A model generated the notes under the pieces. The model saw only the letters and a list, made by a program, of their open reading frames with translations, was not told the origin of the DNA and did not search any database. From assembly GCA_000004985.1 (NCBI GenBank), contig GG738875.1: a DNA stretch of 64,000 nucleotides; one strand, given 5' to 3'. The stretch comes from Naegleria gruberi. Taxonomy: Eukaryota. Position 1 is the first letter of the stretch. Each line of letters opens with the position of its first letter. The position numbers were made by a program, and so were the translations under genes. Positions 34,217 to 45,692 of this stretch are shown here, piece after piece.

Positions 34217-36192
34217 ATGGCAGATATTGTTCTTCCAGATACTCACTATGATGCCATCATTGTCGGAACTGGTATCGAAGAGAGTTTAATTGCTGCATCG
34301 TTGAGTAGAGCTGGAAAACGAGTACTTCACTTGGATTTAAACGATAGTTATGGTGGTCATTTTAGTACAGTGAATCCATCTGAATTAAACGAATATGTTC
34401 ATGTAAAATCTTTTGATTCTGATGTTCCGGAACCTTTTTATCAAAATCCATTCTCTCAAATTAATTTTAAAATTATTGATGATTTAAATATTTCTCTTCA
34501 AAGAAAGACAATGATTGACTTGTGTGGATTGCATGTTTTATATTGTAGAGGACCTATGGTAGAATTATTAATTCAATCTGGTATTGCTAGATATTTAGAA
34601 TTTAGATGTTTGGATTCTGTTTTAATGTTTGACAAGGAGCATTCCACTAACCCATTTAAAAATGTTGTAAAATCTGAAGATGAATTTTCACTTGTGGATG
34701 TTTCTCAATTGTTTCAAGCAGTTCCAACAACAAAGGGTGAAGTTTTTAAAACCAAGTTTATTTCTCTCAAGGAAAAGAATAGACTTGTAAAGTTTATTAA
34801 CTTTTGTGTCAATCTATCCACTCAGGAAGAAGAAATGAAAACCTATAAGGAATTTGAAAATGAATCATTTGATTTATTTTTGAGCAAGACACAACTGTTG
34901 GGAGACGAACAAAGCTTTGAAAAATTGAGAGATATTGTTGTTCATGCTTTGGCTTTATTAGATTCTCCAATTGGAATAACCACTAAACAAGTTATGAGTA
35001 GAGTACAATATTTCATTTCAAGTTTAGGTAGATTTGGAAATGGAGGAGCTTTCCTTTATCCATTATATGGACAAAGTGAGCTTGTACAAGCATTTTGTAG
35101 AGTTGGTGCCGTTTATGGTGGTGTATATGTTTTGAGAAGAGGAATTCATAGTGTAAAACTTGTTGAAAATGCTCACTATCAAGCTGAGCCTGTAAATATC
35201 GATCAAAATGAAGAGAAAAACTCAGACCCAACAGATGAAACTACCGATAGACCAGTAATTTATTCTAAAGAAAAGGTTGTGATTGAAGTTGGAAGTGGAG
35301 TTCAAACATTTACTTGTGATCATTTGGTAATGAACAGAGATTCTTGTCCAAGTGATACCAGTAGCACAGATGACGATTTACTTTTGAAGTTTGTTGTAGT
35401 TACTGAATCTCCATTGTTCAATTCAATTGCCAACACTATTGCAGTTATTCCTAGTGGTACAATTTCAATTGTTGCCTCTGATGAAACAATCGTAAAACAA
35501 CCATGTGCTATTTATTTGAATCAATTAGATTACTCAAGTTGTGTCGTTCCTAGAGGAAAGTACATGATCTCCCTTCAAACAAGAATTCCTTCAGACATTA
35601 GAAAATCCAATTCAGAGGTAGAAAGTCTTGTAATCAAAATGTTACAAACATGTGTAGACAGATTTATCAAGAACATTGAAAATGAGGAAAATATTGTATT
35701 CTCAACTTTATATAAGCAATCAATTCGTAAGGGAAGTTTTTCATTCTCTCAAGAATTGGACAGTAAGATTCATTTCTGCAATGATGCTAATCATGATGTC
35801 ATGCAATTAGAAAGTGGAATGACAGAACATGTTAAGGCTATCTTTAAGGCTATTGCAGGTGAAGATGTTGAATTCCTCGCAAAGATTCCTGATCCAAACA
35901 AGAGCGATAGAGACGAAGAAGATGAGCTCTACGATGAAACCACTAAATTGTTGGGAATTGAAAAGTCCAAAGTTGTGCAACCTCCCAACACAACAGCACA
36001 ACAATGGAGGAGCAAAATTTGGGAGGCGATAACCAACAACAAGATGAAATCAAAGATAACAATAACCCAGCAACACCTGCTGCTGATCATGAAAATGTTG
36101 CTGTTTCTGCTTCTGATGAAAATAATAATATTGAGCAAGAACAACCTCAACAACAAGACGACTCTGAAGGTACCAAAACAACAGAAAAATAA
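34217..36192 (+). CDS. Rab escort protein (Rab GGTase component A; GDI/REP family), with an apparent 1-nt frameshift near 35995-36006 before the acidic C-terminal tail
   Basis: ATG at 34217, 47 bp after the previous stop. N-terminal FAD/GDI fold motif MADIVLPDTHYDAIIVGTGIEESLIAASLSRAGKRVLHLDLNDSYGG; the length fits REP rather than GDI. Frame A is protein-like up to ...VVQPPNTTAQQ. The acidic tail MEEQNLGGDNQQQDEIKDNNNPATPAADHEN...DDSEGTKTTEK* lies in the +2 frame (ORF 36004..36192). Frame A beyond that point reads LLLIMKMLLFLLLMKIIIL, which is typical out-of-frame acidic repeat. Confidence 0.65.
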
Positions 36193-36238
36193 AGGAGTTT
36201 TTTCCCGCCAATTTGCCATCCAATTACGATACAAAAAA

Positions 36239-38509
36239 ATGCGAAGATCATCATCAGGGTCAAATATTGCTTCCTCATCTTATCGATCGAATACATCAAA
36301 CTCTGATAGTGATGAGGATTTAAAAAAACCAAATAACAAATTGATGAGAAATTCTATTATTCAAAGTGTAATATCTGAGGCGAGAAGTATAGTAGAGACA
36401 GAGGAAATTCTTAGGCCCTCAATAGCAAGGCCATCACGACCATATACACCTCGGGATTGTGAGAGAAGATTATTTATTGAAAATGAATACACTTCGCGGC
36501 CCACCTCAGCTGTATCAATCTCCAGCACTTTTGATTTTTCTCACCGAAATATTGGTTCATCAAGTGGTACGCGGGATGAAACAAACCCAGAAATTACCCG
36601 AGTGGGTTCTGGTAGCAGAAAGAAGGTAAGTAAACTTTATTAAGATTTATTGGATAAATGGTTGTAATAGAAACCTTCATCATCAAGCTCCAAAAGAACA
36701 GGAAGTAGTAAAAGTAGTAGAAGTGATTTGGAAAAAGAGGAAACACATATTCATGAGCAAGGAACAAGTGACAAAGTGTGGAATTCAATAGAAACAATTC
36801 TTGGCTCTTTGGAACAATGCGAAGACGAAGATGCTCTTATGGACTCCTTGGACTCGATATTATTGCTGGTTGATAAACTTAAAACAGTCCACAATCCAGT
36901 TGAAGATGAAAAGAAGATTAATTTCATTGGAAGACTGTCAAAATACATAGACATAGAAAACGGGCCTCGAGCTGTTAAATGTTGTTCTATAATTTTAAGA
37001 GTTACCACCTTTGGTTACCAGATACTACATATTTGTAAAATACTATTCAAGATTAGCAAACAAGAAAAAAATGACAAAGTATTTAAGGATGACAGTATTA
37101 TTGCACCCTTGGTTAGATTGTTAAATCAAGAATTTTCAACCGATAATTATTCCGTTTCTTGGGAGATTTTACTGTTTACAATTGGTACATTGAAAAACAT
37201 TTCATATGATAATTTCAATCAAAAACTGCTGATCAAACACAACACCATTTCACTCCTTTCTTTACTCCTTTCGTCAGCACTTAGAGAGCTGAAAACTGGA
37301 AATATGGAAAAGGTAAACAAACAAGCTCAGCTTTTAGTTCAGATTATGGCCACATTGAGAAACTTGGCCATGAAGACTGGAACTTTTAAACAATTTTTTG
37401 AGTATAATGTGATTGATAATATTCATATTTTGATGAATGCCCTAATGTCTCACTCAGAGTTTATACATAACTCTACTAGAGTTTTAAGCAAACTTTCTTT
37501 AGATGAAACGTGTACAGAAGAAATGAGAAAGATCTCAACCTTAAAATCATGTTTAATTAATGTTATGAAAGAGCACAAGAAACACAAACCAATAGTTGTG
37601 CGAGTTACCTTTATTCTAGGAAACATTACATTCCAGGATTACTCAGACCAAGAACTCTTTGATGAAAAAACAGAAATTCCTTTCTTGTTAGACCTTTTAG
37701 ATCTTTACTCAATCGAAGATGAAAGAAATACTAGTGCAGAAAATGTAAAGAAGGAAACTGAGGATTTATTGACAAAATTAATAAGGTTGATTGCAAATAT
37801 TTCGATGGATGAGCACCAAGGAAGAATAGTCGCTCAAAGTAAACAAGTAACTAGGTTGATTGAAATAATAGAAAGAAAGAAAGTTCAAGATTCTGAAGAG
37901 CTTATTTTGAATACACTAAGATGCATTACCAATCTTTCGTTTTATGCTTTTAGTGACACAGCAAGTCCTTTATATACATTCAGAGTTAAGCTTGCTTCCC
38001 TTCTTTCTCCACTTCTCTTCCATGATTTGACAGATGTTGTCTACGAAGCTACAAGAACATTCGGTAATCTTTCTCAAGACTCAAGTGTTCGGGAATACAT
38101 TACCAAATCTAGAATTGATGAAGCTTTAATAATAATGGTTGAACATGGCAATACGGATATTGTATATGCTGTTTGTGGAGTACTTGTTAATATGACTTCA
38201 GACCCAAGGGGTATTAAAGCAATCCAGGAGCATGGTGTAATTGAAAAATTACTAGACGTACTGGAGAAGTGTAATGTTTCACTAGCTTTAGTAATTTTGA
38301 AGATTATCCATAACATTTGTCTTAACAATGAGGCTTTTGGAGAAAATTCAAAAATTTACTCTGACTATGATTTGGAACATTTAGATATGTTACTAAATGA
38401 TATTCTCAACCATGAATATGATCACGAAGAAATGAACGAGCAAGAAGTATCCATGTTGAGAGATTTGTCAAGTGTTGCTCAAGAATTACAATATATTCTT
38501 TCTAAATAA
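36239..38509 (+). CDS. Armadillo-type repeat protein (741 aa); join(36239..36625,36671..38509)
   Basis: ATG at 36239 (aaaaaaATGcga). Exon 1 encodes MRRSSSGSNIASSSYRSNTS...RVGSGSRKK, a Ser-rich N-terminus, ending at a GTAAGT donor. A 45-nt intron and a TGTAATAG acceptor join it to KPSSSSSKRTGS...EKEETHIHEQGT.... The rest is ARM/HEAT-like helical repeats (e.g. AVCGVLVNMTSDPRGIKAIQEHGVIEKLLDVL). Exon 1 lies in the same frame as the upstream REP ORF with no intervening stop, so the ORF track fuses the two genes. Confidence 0.6.
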
Positions 38510-38522
38510 ATTAATTCATATA

Positions 38523-39491
38523 TTATTGATTCTTATCAGTTGTAATTTGAAGCGGATCCTTCTCAATTTCAATATTTATATCCTTAAAATCACAATTACT
38601 CTTTCTAAAAATCTCTGTTACTTGTTTTAATATTTCCTTTTCACTACTTTGTACATTGATTAATATCTTTAAACTTCCTACATTTGAGTTTGATTTCAAA
38701 ACCCAAAAGTGTGGATTACTAACATTAATAACTCCATCAATATCCAGTATTTCTTTAATGCATTCATTAATAGAATATTCGTATTGAATAGGTGTTCTTT
38801 GAAGTAAAACTCTACTAGAATTAGAAATTAAAGGGAAGCTAGTATAAAGAATCATAATTGAAATAATTAAAGAACAAATTGGATCAGCAATATACCATCC
38901 AAAATATTGTACAATTAATGTTGATACAATAACACCAATACTTCCCAGAGCATCAGCAATCATGTGAAGATAGACACCATAAATATTTTCATCATGTTGA
39001 TGGTGATGATGAGAACATGAATCACCTTCATCGGAATGATGTTGATCATGGAAATAAATTACACCATACATATTTACACCAAATCCTAGTATCGAAACTA
39101 ATAACAATTGTTGAGTATGAACAATAGGCGGATCAATTAGCCTATGAATTGATTCAATTAAAATATAAATCGAAATAAACACAAGTAAAATTCCATTAAT
39201 AAATCCAGATAAATATTCATATCTAACATATCCATAGGAATATATGTGATTTGACTTCCATTTTGACATTATTGATCCATATAAACCAATAATTAAAGCA
39301 GCACAATCAAAAAACATGTGTGCAGAATCGGAAATTAATCCCAACGAATTATTATATATTCCAAAAGCCAACTCTACAAACATAAACAATAAATTAACAA
39401 GAATAAAATAAAATAAATATCTAGTGTCCTTATTCGCATAGATATGTGTATTAAACATATCGGAGAGAAAATTAGGTGATGATGATTTCAT
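38523..39491 (-). CDS. Cation diffusion facilitator zinc transporter (ZnT/SLC30-like), single exon
   Basis: ATG at 39491. Six predicted TM helices, a His-rich cytosolic loop HDQHHSDEGDSCSHHHHQHDE, and conserved CDF motifs (SDSAHMFFDCAALIIGLY, HMIADALGSIGVIVS). Its stop is 13 bp from the stop of the convergent upstream gene. Confidence 0.85.
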   Translation of the reverse strand: MKSSSPNFLSDMFNTHIYANKDTRYLFYFILVNLLFMFVELAFGIYNNSLGLISDSAHMFFDCAALIIGLYGSIMSKWKSNHIYSYGYVRYEYLSGFINGILLVFISIYILIESIHRLIDPPIVHTQQLLLVSILGFGVNMYGVIYFHDQHHSDEGDSCSHHHHQHDENIYGVYLHMIADALGSIGVIVSTLIVQYFGWYIADPICSLIISIMILYTSFPLISNSSRVLLQRTPIQYEYSINECIKEILDIDGVINVSNPHFWVLKSNSNVGSLKILINVQSSEKEILKQVTEIFRKSNCDFKDINIEIEKDPLQITTDKNQ

Positions 39492-39705
39492 TTTTTTCTT
39501 ATGGTCATGTCATCTTATGAAATTATCATCATCTTTAATCAATAATAATTCATTCACAATACTATTAGCAACAACAACAACTTGATAAGAGAACTCTCTC
39601 AATTGCCCTCTCTTTTGCGAGACAAATTTAAAAAACTTACGGTTACATTCAAGTTTTAAAAAAAAGAGAAAACACAACTATTGAGGGCAAAGATTTTTCA
39701 AACAA

Positions 39706-42700
39706 ATGTCGTTGTTTGATTCATCATTTAGAGCCACATCGATGGTAGTCTCCCCTCATCGGTATGGTTTATTTAATAAGAGAAATGATGAGGATGAGGA
39801 TAGTGTTTTTGGAGAACGTATTGAGGTTGATTATGATACAGATAGTGCCTCATCCGAAGAAGAGAGTTATGGAAGTGGACCAAGAAGTTTCATCAGTACA
39901 AAAAGCTCAAACGGAGAGTCATTGATACTCAATGATGGTGATTCCAGTGCCTTGGATTTAACCTCTAGCTTGGACTTGGAGAGGAAGAGTCCTGCTTCTC
40001 CTCTATTTAAATCCATCCTCAATACATCACCTCAACATTATAATCCAAAGAATGATCCGAGTACCACCTCTTTAGGTTTACCAGCACATATAATTGTTTC
40101 TAAGAATTCAAGTGAGGATGATATTAAAACAACAACGAAAACAATTGAGGATGAAGATTACGCATGTTTTCGTTTACTAGGATTGTACAAACATCAGGTC
40201 ACCCCACATGATTTGCTGCTGAAATTATTCGATATTTTTGGAAGTACAGATTATACTGACAATACTATTGAAGCTAAGAAGAAATTAACTTTCAGGTCTG
40301 CAGCTATTGCAGTTACAATGTCTGCAATGCTCAAATCAAAACAACCACAACCAGAATCTGGCTCTGAACACAGACATCACTCAAAACATGCAGCAGCAAT
40401 TAGTAATATTCACAAGAAAATTAGAGAATCTATTAATGGAAAAACAGGGGATGACAAGGGTTCACCACAATATTTGGAAAAGGTCAGGAAAAGAATTGGC
40501 TATGTTCCTAAGAAGCATATGAAAATGATGATGAAGCAAGAGCAAGAGAAAAAGGAGGTGAAAAAGGATAATAATATTGAGGACGAAACATTTAATAAGT
40601 ACAAAATTTTGCAAAACCAACATCAAAAACAAAAGAACAAGTACAGTAATGTTAAAAAGAGAATCAAATACTTGAAATTTAAGAATATTATGTTGGAATC
40701 CACTATTTATATGAAAGATAAGAATAATTCTTTAGAGTCCGTACTTGGTTACTCAACTAAGGTTATTTACGAGAATCCATTTATTGATTTCAATACATGC
40801 CTAAACCATATAACTACACTGGCAAAGATTAGATTTCCTGAAATGGAGAAAAATTCTTTAGAAATGTGCTCAACCAGTCTTCTTTATCCTTATGTTTTAA
40901 ATATGATGAAAAGAGCTCTGAAATTAGTGAATAATTTCTCAAAATGGATAACAGACGATCCCAACGTTTCATCTTTATTCCATTATTATAGACCTCCCCT
41001 TCTAAGGATTTTTAACTTATTTATCAAAATGGATAATGAAGAAAAACAAACTGAAGCTGTGGATATTTTTAAGACAAACAACACTATGAATATTGATGCA
41101 TTCCTCAATTTTTGCACTGTATTTTCAATTACACCAAATATGATTCCTGAACAAGTGGCAAAAAAGATATTCCACAATATTCTGAAAGAGAAACACAGCT
41201 CGTTTCTTTCTAAAAAATCATCCAATCAGATTAGAACGGTGGTAATTGGAGATTTTCTTGAAATTTTGGCTAGGCTGGCTAGTAACTTTTCGTATCAATT
41301 TGAGGATCTATTGAAACAATGTCAATATTTATTGGACCATTTAGAGGAGAATTATTATTTGTTGTTTGGCGAGTACATGTCAAAGGAAAGGAAAAGAAGC
41401 TATCTCACTAAGAATCAACCTGAAAACAATCTCAATATAACAAAATCTAGCTTTGATGAAGCCACCATCCTCAGAAAGAAATCCGTATCTGTGAACAGCT
41501 CAGTAGATTTCTATCAAACAACTACAGCCCATGTAGAAGAAAAGAAAATACCCTCTATACTAAGAACTGTAAATACACAAAGGAGTGTAAAAAAGCCTCC
41601 AAAGAGGGATTTTATCAAAACCGAACAAGACTTGGTTGACTATATTGGTGAGGATAGATTCAGAATGATGGATAGTAGCAGAACTCTGCACAAGGTTTTT
41701 GCTCTGTATTGTAAGGATAAGCAAGGCAATTGGTCTTGTAAAGACTTTCTTAACTTTCTGGAAGATTATGCAATCGATAAGAGAATTAAGAAATTTCAAC
41801 AATTTCTAAATCTAAGATATGAAGACGAAGAACTGTTCGACGATTTGGGTCTTCCAGTAGTCGATGAAAGATATCTTACCGCTCAGTTTAAATCGAAATC
41901 ATTTGACAGCTCTCTTTCAAGAGTTAAGCTGTACGCTCTTTTCCATGATGTTTATGAAGAGAAGGTTAAGTCACTCTCTTCAAAAGATACATTTTCTTTA
42001 TTCCTTGATAGAGTATTTAGTAAGAGTAATTATCTCAAAGCTGTAGAAAAAGTTAGAGAACGAAATTTACAAAAGATGAAGGATCCTTCTTCAATCCTCG
42101 AGACATCTAATCCCAACACCTCTGTTTCTTCTTTAAATTTAAGCTCGATTTCACTAAATATGAGCTCTAGCTTAATATCCATAGAGCGTGTTCGACCTTC
42201 GACATCAACAAGCATTTCAGCGCAAGAGAGTCGCCAATTCTTCACAACCAGAGTTTTCAGACAATTCAACTTGTTGAAGGGATGTAAAATTGTAGCATAT
42301 GTGGAAAACAGAAAGGGTTGTGTAATGAAATCAGATAATGGTATTTTGCCAACCTCATTTGATTTGAATATGGTAATCAAAGACAAATTTGTGGAGCGAG
42401 AGTTGCTTTCTCATCTAACAGTTTGTGAAACATTTAATCAACTTGTAGATAGATTACTCATGATTGGATACGATATACAAAGTAAGTGTGGAGATCACTG
42501 CATTCAAGGAAGTATTAAGTGTTTGAGATTTTGTAAGAGAAAGACACTCGACCCTGTTGGATGTATTTTTGAAATGAAAGGTCAATTCTCATCCCTTCTC
42601 TATCAACCCACTCTCGGTGATTTAATTAGAACTGATTGTGGTCTGACATTGTATGACTTAGACCCTTCCAACATTTTATTTAACAATCTTTTGAAACTTT

Positions 42701-42783
42701 ACAAGGAAAGCATTTGTATTGATGAATTAACTCATGCAATACGTGATTTAGGTTTTGACATTGTCAATGTTAAATTTTGTTGA
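39706..42783 (+). CDS. Hypothetical large protein (1025 aa), single exon
   Basis: ATG at 39706 and a long uninterrupted ORF. Acidic, Ser-rich N-terminus, a basic K-rich linker, and a globular-looking C-terminal half. No family recognised. Confidence 0.5.
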   Translation: MSLFDSSFRATSMVVSPHRYGLFNKRNDEDEDSVFGERIEVDYDTDSASSEEESYGSGPRSFISTKSSNGESLILNDGDSSALDLTSSLDLERKSPASPLFKSILNTSPQHYNPKNDPSTTSLGLPAHIIVSKNSSEDDIKTTTKTIEDEDYACFRLLGLYKHQVTPHDLLLKLFDIFGSTDYTDNTIEAKKKLTFRSAAIAVTMSAMLKSKQPQPESGSEHRHHSKHAAAISNIHKKIRESINGKTGDDKGSPQYLEKVRKRIGYVPKKHMKMMMKQEQEKKEVKKDNNIEDETFNKYKILQNQHQKQKNKYSNVKKRIKYLKFKNIMLESTIYMKDKNNSLESVLGYSTKVIYENPFIDFNTCLNHITTLAKIRFPEMEKNSLEMCSTSLLYPYVLNMMKRALKLVNNFSKWITDDPNVSSLFHYYRPPLLRIFNLFIKMDNEEKQTEAVDIFKTNNTMNIDAFLNFCTVFSITPNMIPEQVAKKIFHNILKEKHSSFLSKKSSNQIRTVVIGDFLEILARLASNFSYQFEDLLKQCQYLLDHLEENYYLLFGEYMSKERKRSYLTKNQPENNLNITKSSFDEATILRKKSVSVNSSVDFYQTTTAHVEEKKIPSILRTVNTQRSVKKPPKRDFIKTEQDLVDYIGEDRFRMMDSSRTLHKVFALYCKDKQGNWSCKDFLNFLEDYAIDKRIKKFQQFLNLRYEDEELFDDLGLPVVDERYLTAQFKSKSFDSSLSRVKLYALFHDVYEEKVKSLSSKDTFSLFLDRVFSKSNYLKAVEKVRERNLQKMKDPSSILETSNPNTSVSSLNLSSISLNMSSSLISIERVRPSTSTSISAQESRQFFTTRVFRQFNLLKGCKIVAYVENRKGCVMKSDNGILPTSFDLNMVIKDKFVERELLSHLTVCETFNQLVDRLLMIGYDIQSKCGDHCIQGSIKCLRFCKRKTLDPVGCIFEMKGQFSSLLYQPTLGDLIRTDCGLTLYDLDPSNILFNNLLKLYKESICIDELTHAIRDLGFDIVNVKFC

Positions 42784-42888
42784 TAAAATCTCAAATTGAT
42801 TCGGCAATTAATCTCACAAATCTTTGTTAAATTTGCTCATGTAATTTTTAAAAGAAAATGTTGAATAGTTTCATCTTTATCTTTTCAA

Positions 42889-44326
42889 TTACTTTTTTGA
42901 TTTCTTATTTTTTGTGGATGGTTCTTCTGCTTTTCTCTTGGTTGATTTCTTGATCAATTGTCCAGATTCTAAAAAGAAAGCCCACATTATAAATTCTTCA
43001 TTTGATTTGGTTTTAGTTTGATAGTATTTGAAACGTTTGTCAATATCTTTACACACTTTCACACATGACTTGTAAATGGGTTTGTGTTGTTCGAATAAAT
43101 CTTCTTTAGCGCTTGGTGTTTTGTGAATCCATTCCAGTAATTCTGTTACGAATTTAAAAGTTGAGCTTTCGGTAAAGGACGAATTTTTAAAACATTCAAC
43201 AATAGTTGGATCCAAACGTGGAGATATCTCACTGAGTGCTTCAAGTTTTTCCAAAATAATGGATTTTCCATTGCTAAATAGCGTAAATAGTCCCATTTCA
43301 ACTCCTTTAATAAAATCAGAAAAGGGTATATTTTCCAATAATTTTCCAGGGTCATAACCATTAATCAAATCATTTCTCTTTAAAAAATCAAATATATCTT
43401 TGCTTGATTCTCCAATATCAGCATCACCTAGATTCTTATAGGCTAAAGAACACTGAAACTTTTGTTGAGATTTTACAACTAATATCTTAATTGGTTCACG
43501 ATCACGAAAAGAAATAGAGCTAACTTTTGGAAGGGGGTCTTTTGTGATTATATCTACTTTTTCACCAAGTACAATATTACAAAAGTCAATCTTATCATAG
43601 TTTTCCAGATAGTGTGAAAGTAATGCTCCTTGAATATAAAAGTTGCAACCATTTTGGCAATCAAATACTATTACATTTTTGAGCTTTTCTAATTTTTTCA
43701 TGGTTGGTGTGACAGTTTTCTCAACTAATTCAGTAAAAGCTCTAAAGTTGTTTTGGGATGATTTTGTTCGTGAACTAAATCTAGAATATACATATCTGTT
43801 TCTCGTGTCATTTTCAATCTTATCAAAGTTCAAAATAATTTGGGGTAACCAATACTGTGAAAAACCACCTCTAGAATCCCAATCTGTTATAAATTCACAT
43901 TGAGAAATAACAAGTGTTTCAACTTGTGTCAATTCAATTGCTCTAACAATTTCATTAGTAACTGTCATATTACATAATGTAATTCTCCTCACACCTCTGC
44001 ATCTATCAAGTATTTTCAACAAGTCAGTATATTCCATTTTACTTGGATTGATATATCCTATATTCGAATCAGTTAAAAGACATCTCACCTATCAACCTAC
44101 CAAAATTTAAATGTAAATTATAACGTGGATCACTAGCTGCTCTTTCCATCAAATAATTTAGAATTTCATTCCATGTTCTATTCACCCGAGAGAGTTTGAA
44201 AAAGAAAGGAAGCATCGGAAGGAAGGAAAGAATTTCATAGAATATTTCCATTGGTAAATCTTCCCATGATGAAGTTGGGACTGATGAGGTTTCGGCCAAG
44301 TGTATCTCAGTTTCTAGTTGCGCCAT
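42889..44326 (-). CDS. F-box / leucine-rich-repeat protein (FBXL-like); join(44101..44326,42889..44057)
   Basis: Exon 1 contains MAQLETEIHLAETSSVPTSSWEDLPMEIFYEILSFLP, the F-box motif. It ends NF plus G at a GTAGGT donor. A 43-nt intron and an AATATAG acceptor join it to GYINPSKMEYTDLLKILDRCRGVRRITLCNMTVTNEIV..., which is LRR-like with Cys-containing repeats. Confidence 0.7.
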
Positions 44327-44654
44327 TTTTTTTCTTGGTATTTGTGGATTGTTGTAAAGTTTATCAAGTTAAAACCGTAAGATTTTTAAATATCAAATTT
44401 TGTATAGAAATTAGTTAATTAACATTCTTAAATTGAAAAATCTCTTTTTATCAATGTTGTAATACAGTTTGTGTTGAATAAGGTGAAGGATCACTCGCGC
44501 ATTTCCACCAACCAATTTCGAAAGGGAGGATGCTGTAGAAGCGGGTTGCTATTTTGTTCATTGCTCCGGTTTTGGTCTTTTTGATTCTTTCAACATAATG
44601 ATGAATGCTCAAAACAACAAAAGCGCCTCTCTTCAATATTATTAAAAAGAATAT

Positions 44655-45625
44655 ATGAGCACCTCAGCAACAAACAATAGCAACAACATCAACACAGCAC
44701 CTCCTCCATCAGTAGCAGAACAATTATCATCATCAGATCAAAAGGGGAGCAGCAGCAACAATAAACAATCGTCATCAAGAGTACAAAAAACCTCATCAAT
44801 TATTAATATTATTTGTACAGCTTACGCCAGTTTAGCCTTCTTTTCTTTATGGATTCCAGCCTACTTTTGTTCAGTTCTTACCAACAAAATAACAAACCTC
44901 TTTGGATGGGATGTTCAAAAATCACTAACAAGTGTGTTTATGAGATGGAGTAGTAGAATTGCAGTTAAATTAAATCCATTTTGGACAGTTAGAACAATGA
45001 GCACCGACAAGGCACCTAAAGAAAATGGAAGATATGTGTTTATTTGTAATCATCAAAGTAATATGGATCCTATTCTGATAAATAGTGTGTTTAGATATAA
45101 TGCCAAGTGGGTTTCAAAGGATTCAATTTTTAATGTTCCATTCGGTAAGTTTGTTATAAGGTTGACTTGCAATTAAATCAAAATTAAATAGGAGGATATA
45201 TGATGAAGCATTGTGGTGACATTCCATTATCATTCAGTTCTGCTAATGTAGAAGATACAACTACTGAAAAACAAAGTGCCAAGAATTGCATGTCTAAATG
45301 TAAGGAATGGCTCGAATTGGACGTACCAATTTTCATGTTCCCTGAAGGAAGAAGATCTAATGATGGTGAACTTTTGGAATTCAAGAAGGGAGCTTTTATT
45401 TTGGCAAAACAAACTGATGCCAAGATTGTACCTTGTGCAATTCATGGAACTAAGGATATTTGGCCTGTTGGAATTGATTTGCCTGGACCTGGTAAATGCA
45501 TGTTTGTAATTGGAGATGTATTTGATTCTAAAGATTTTAAGGATGTGGATGAATTGACCAATTATTCAAAGCAAAAAGTTTTGGAACTCCAACAAATTGC
45601 TAAAAAGGAGTGTGCAAAGCTTTAA
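44655..45625 (+). CDS. 1-acyl-sn-glycerol-3-phosphate acyltransferase (LPAAT/AGPAT family); join(44655..45144,45192..45625)
   Basis: Exon 1 has the N-terminal TM region and acyltransferase block I, FICNHQSNMDPIL (H-x4-D). A GTAAGT donor and a 47-nt intron lead to exon 2, which has FPEGRRS (block III) and IVPCAIHG (block IV). Confidence 0.8.
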
Positions 45626-45692
45626 TTTATAAACGTTATAAAAGTGAAATAACTGTTAGAAAGATTCGTAGCAATAAATAGTTTAACTTTAT

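Noticed and set aside
36004-36192. ORF 36004..36192 (acidic 62-aa peptide) as an independent gene
   Set aside because: It has no own promoter space and sits inside the REP ORF. Its composition matches a REP acidic C-terminal tail, so it is better explained as the out-of-frame end of REP.
44451-44636. 61-aa ORF (minus) in the divergent spacer between the F-box gene and LPAAT
   Set aside because: Poor codon usage, no recognisable motif, and it lies within the probable shared promoter region.
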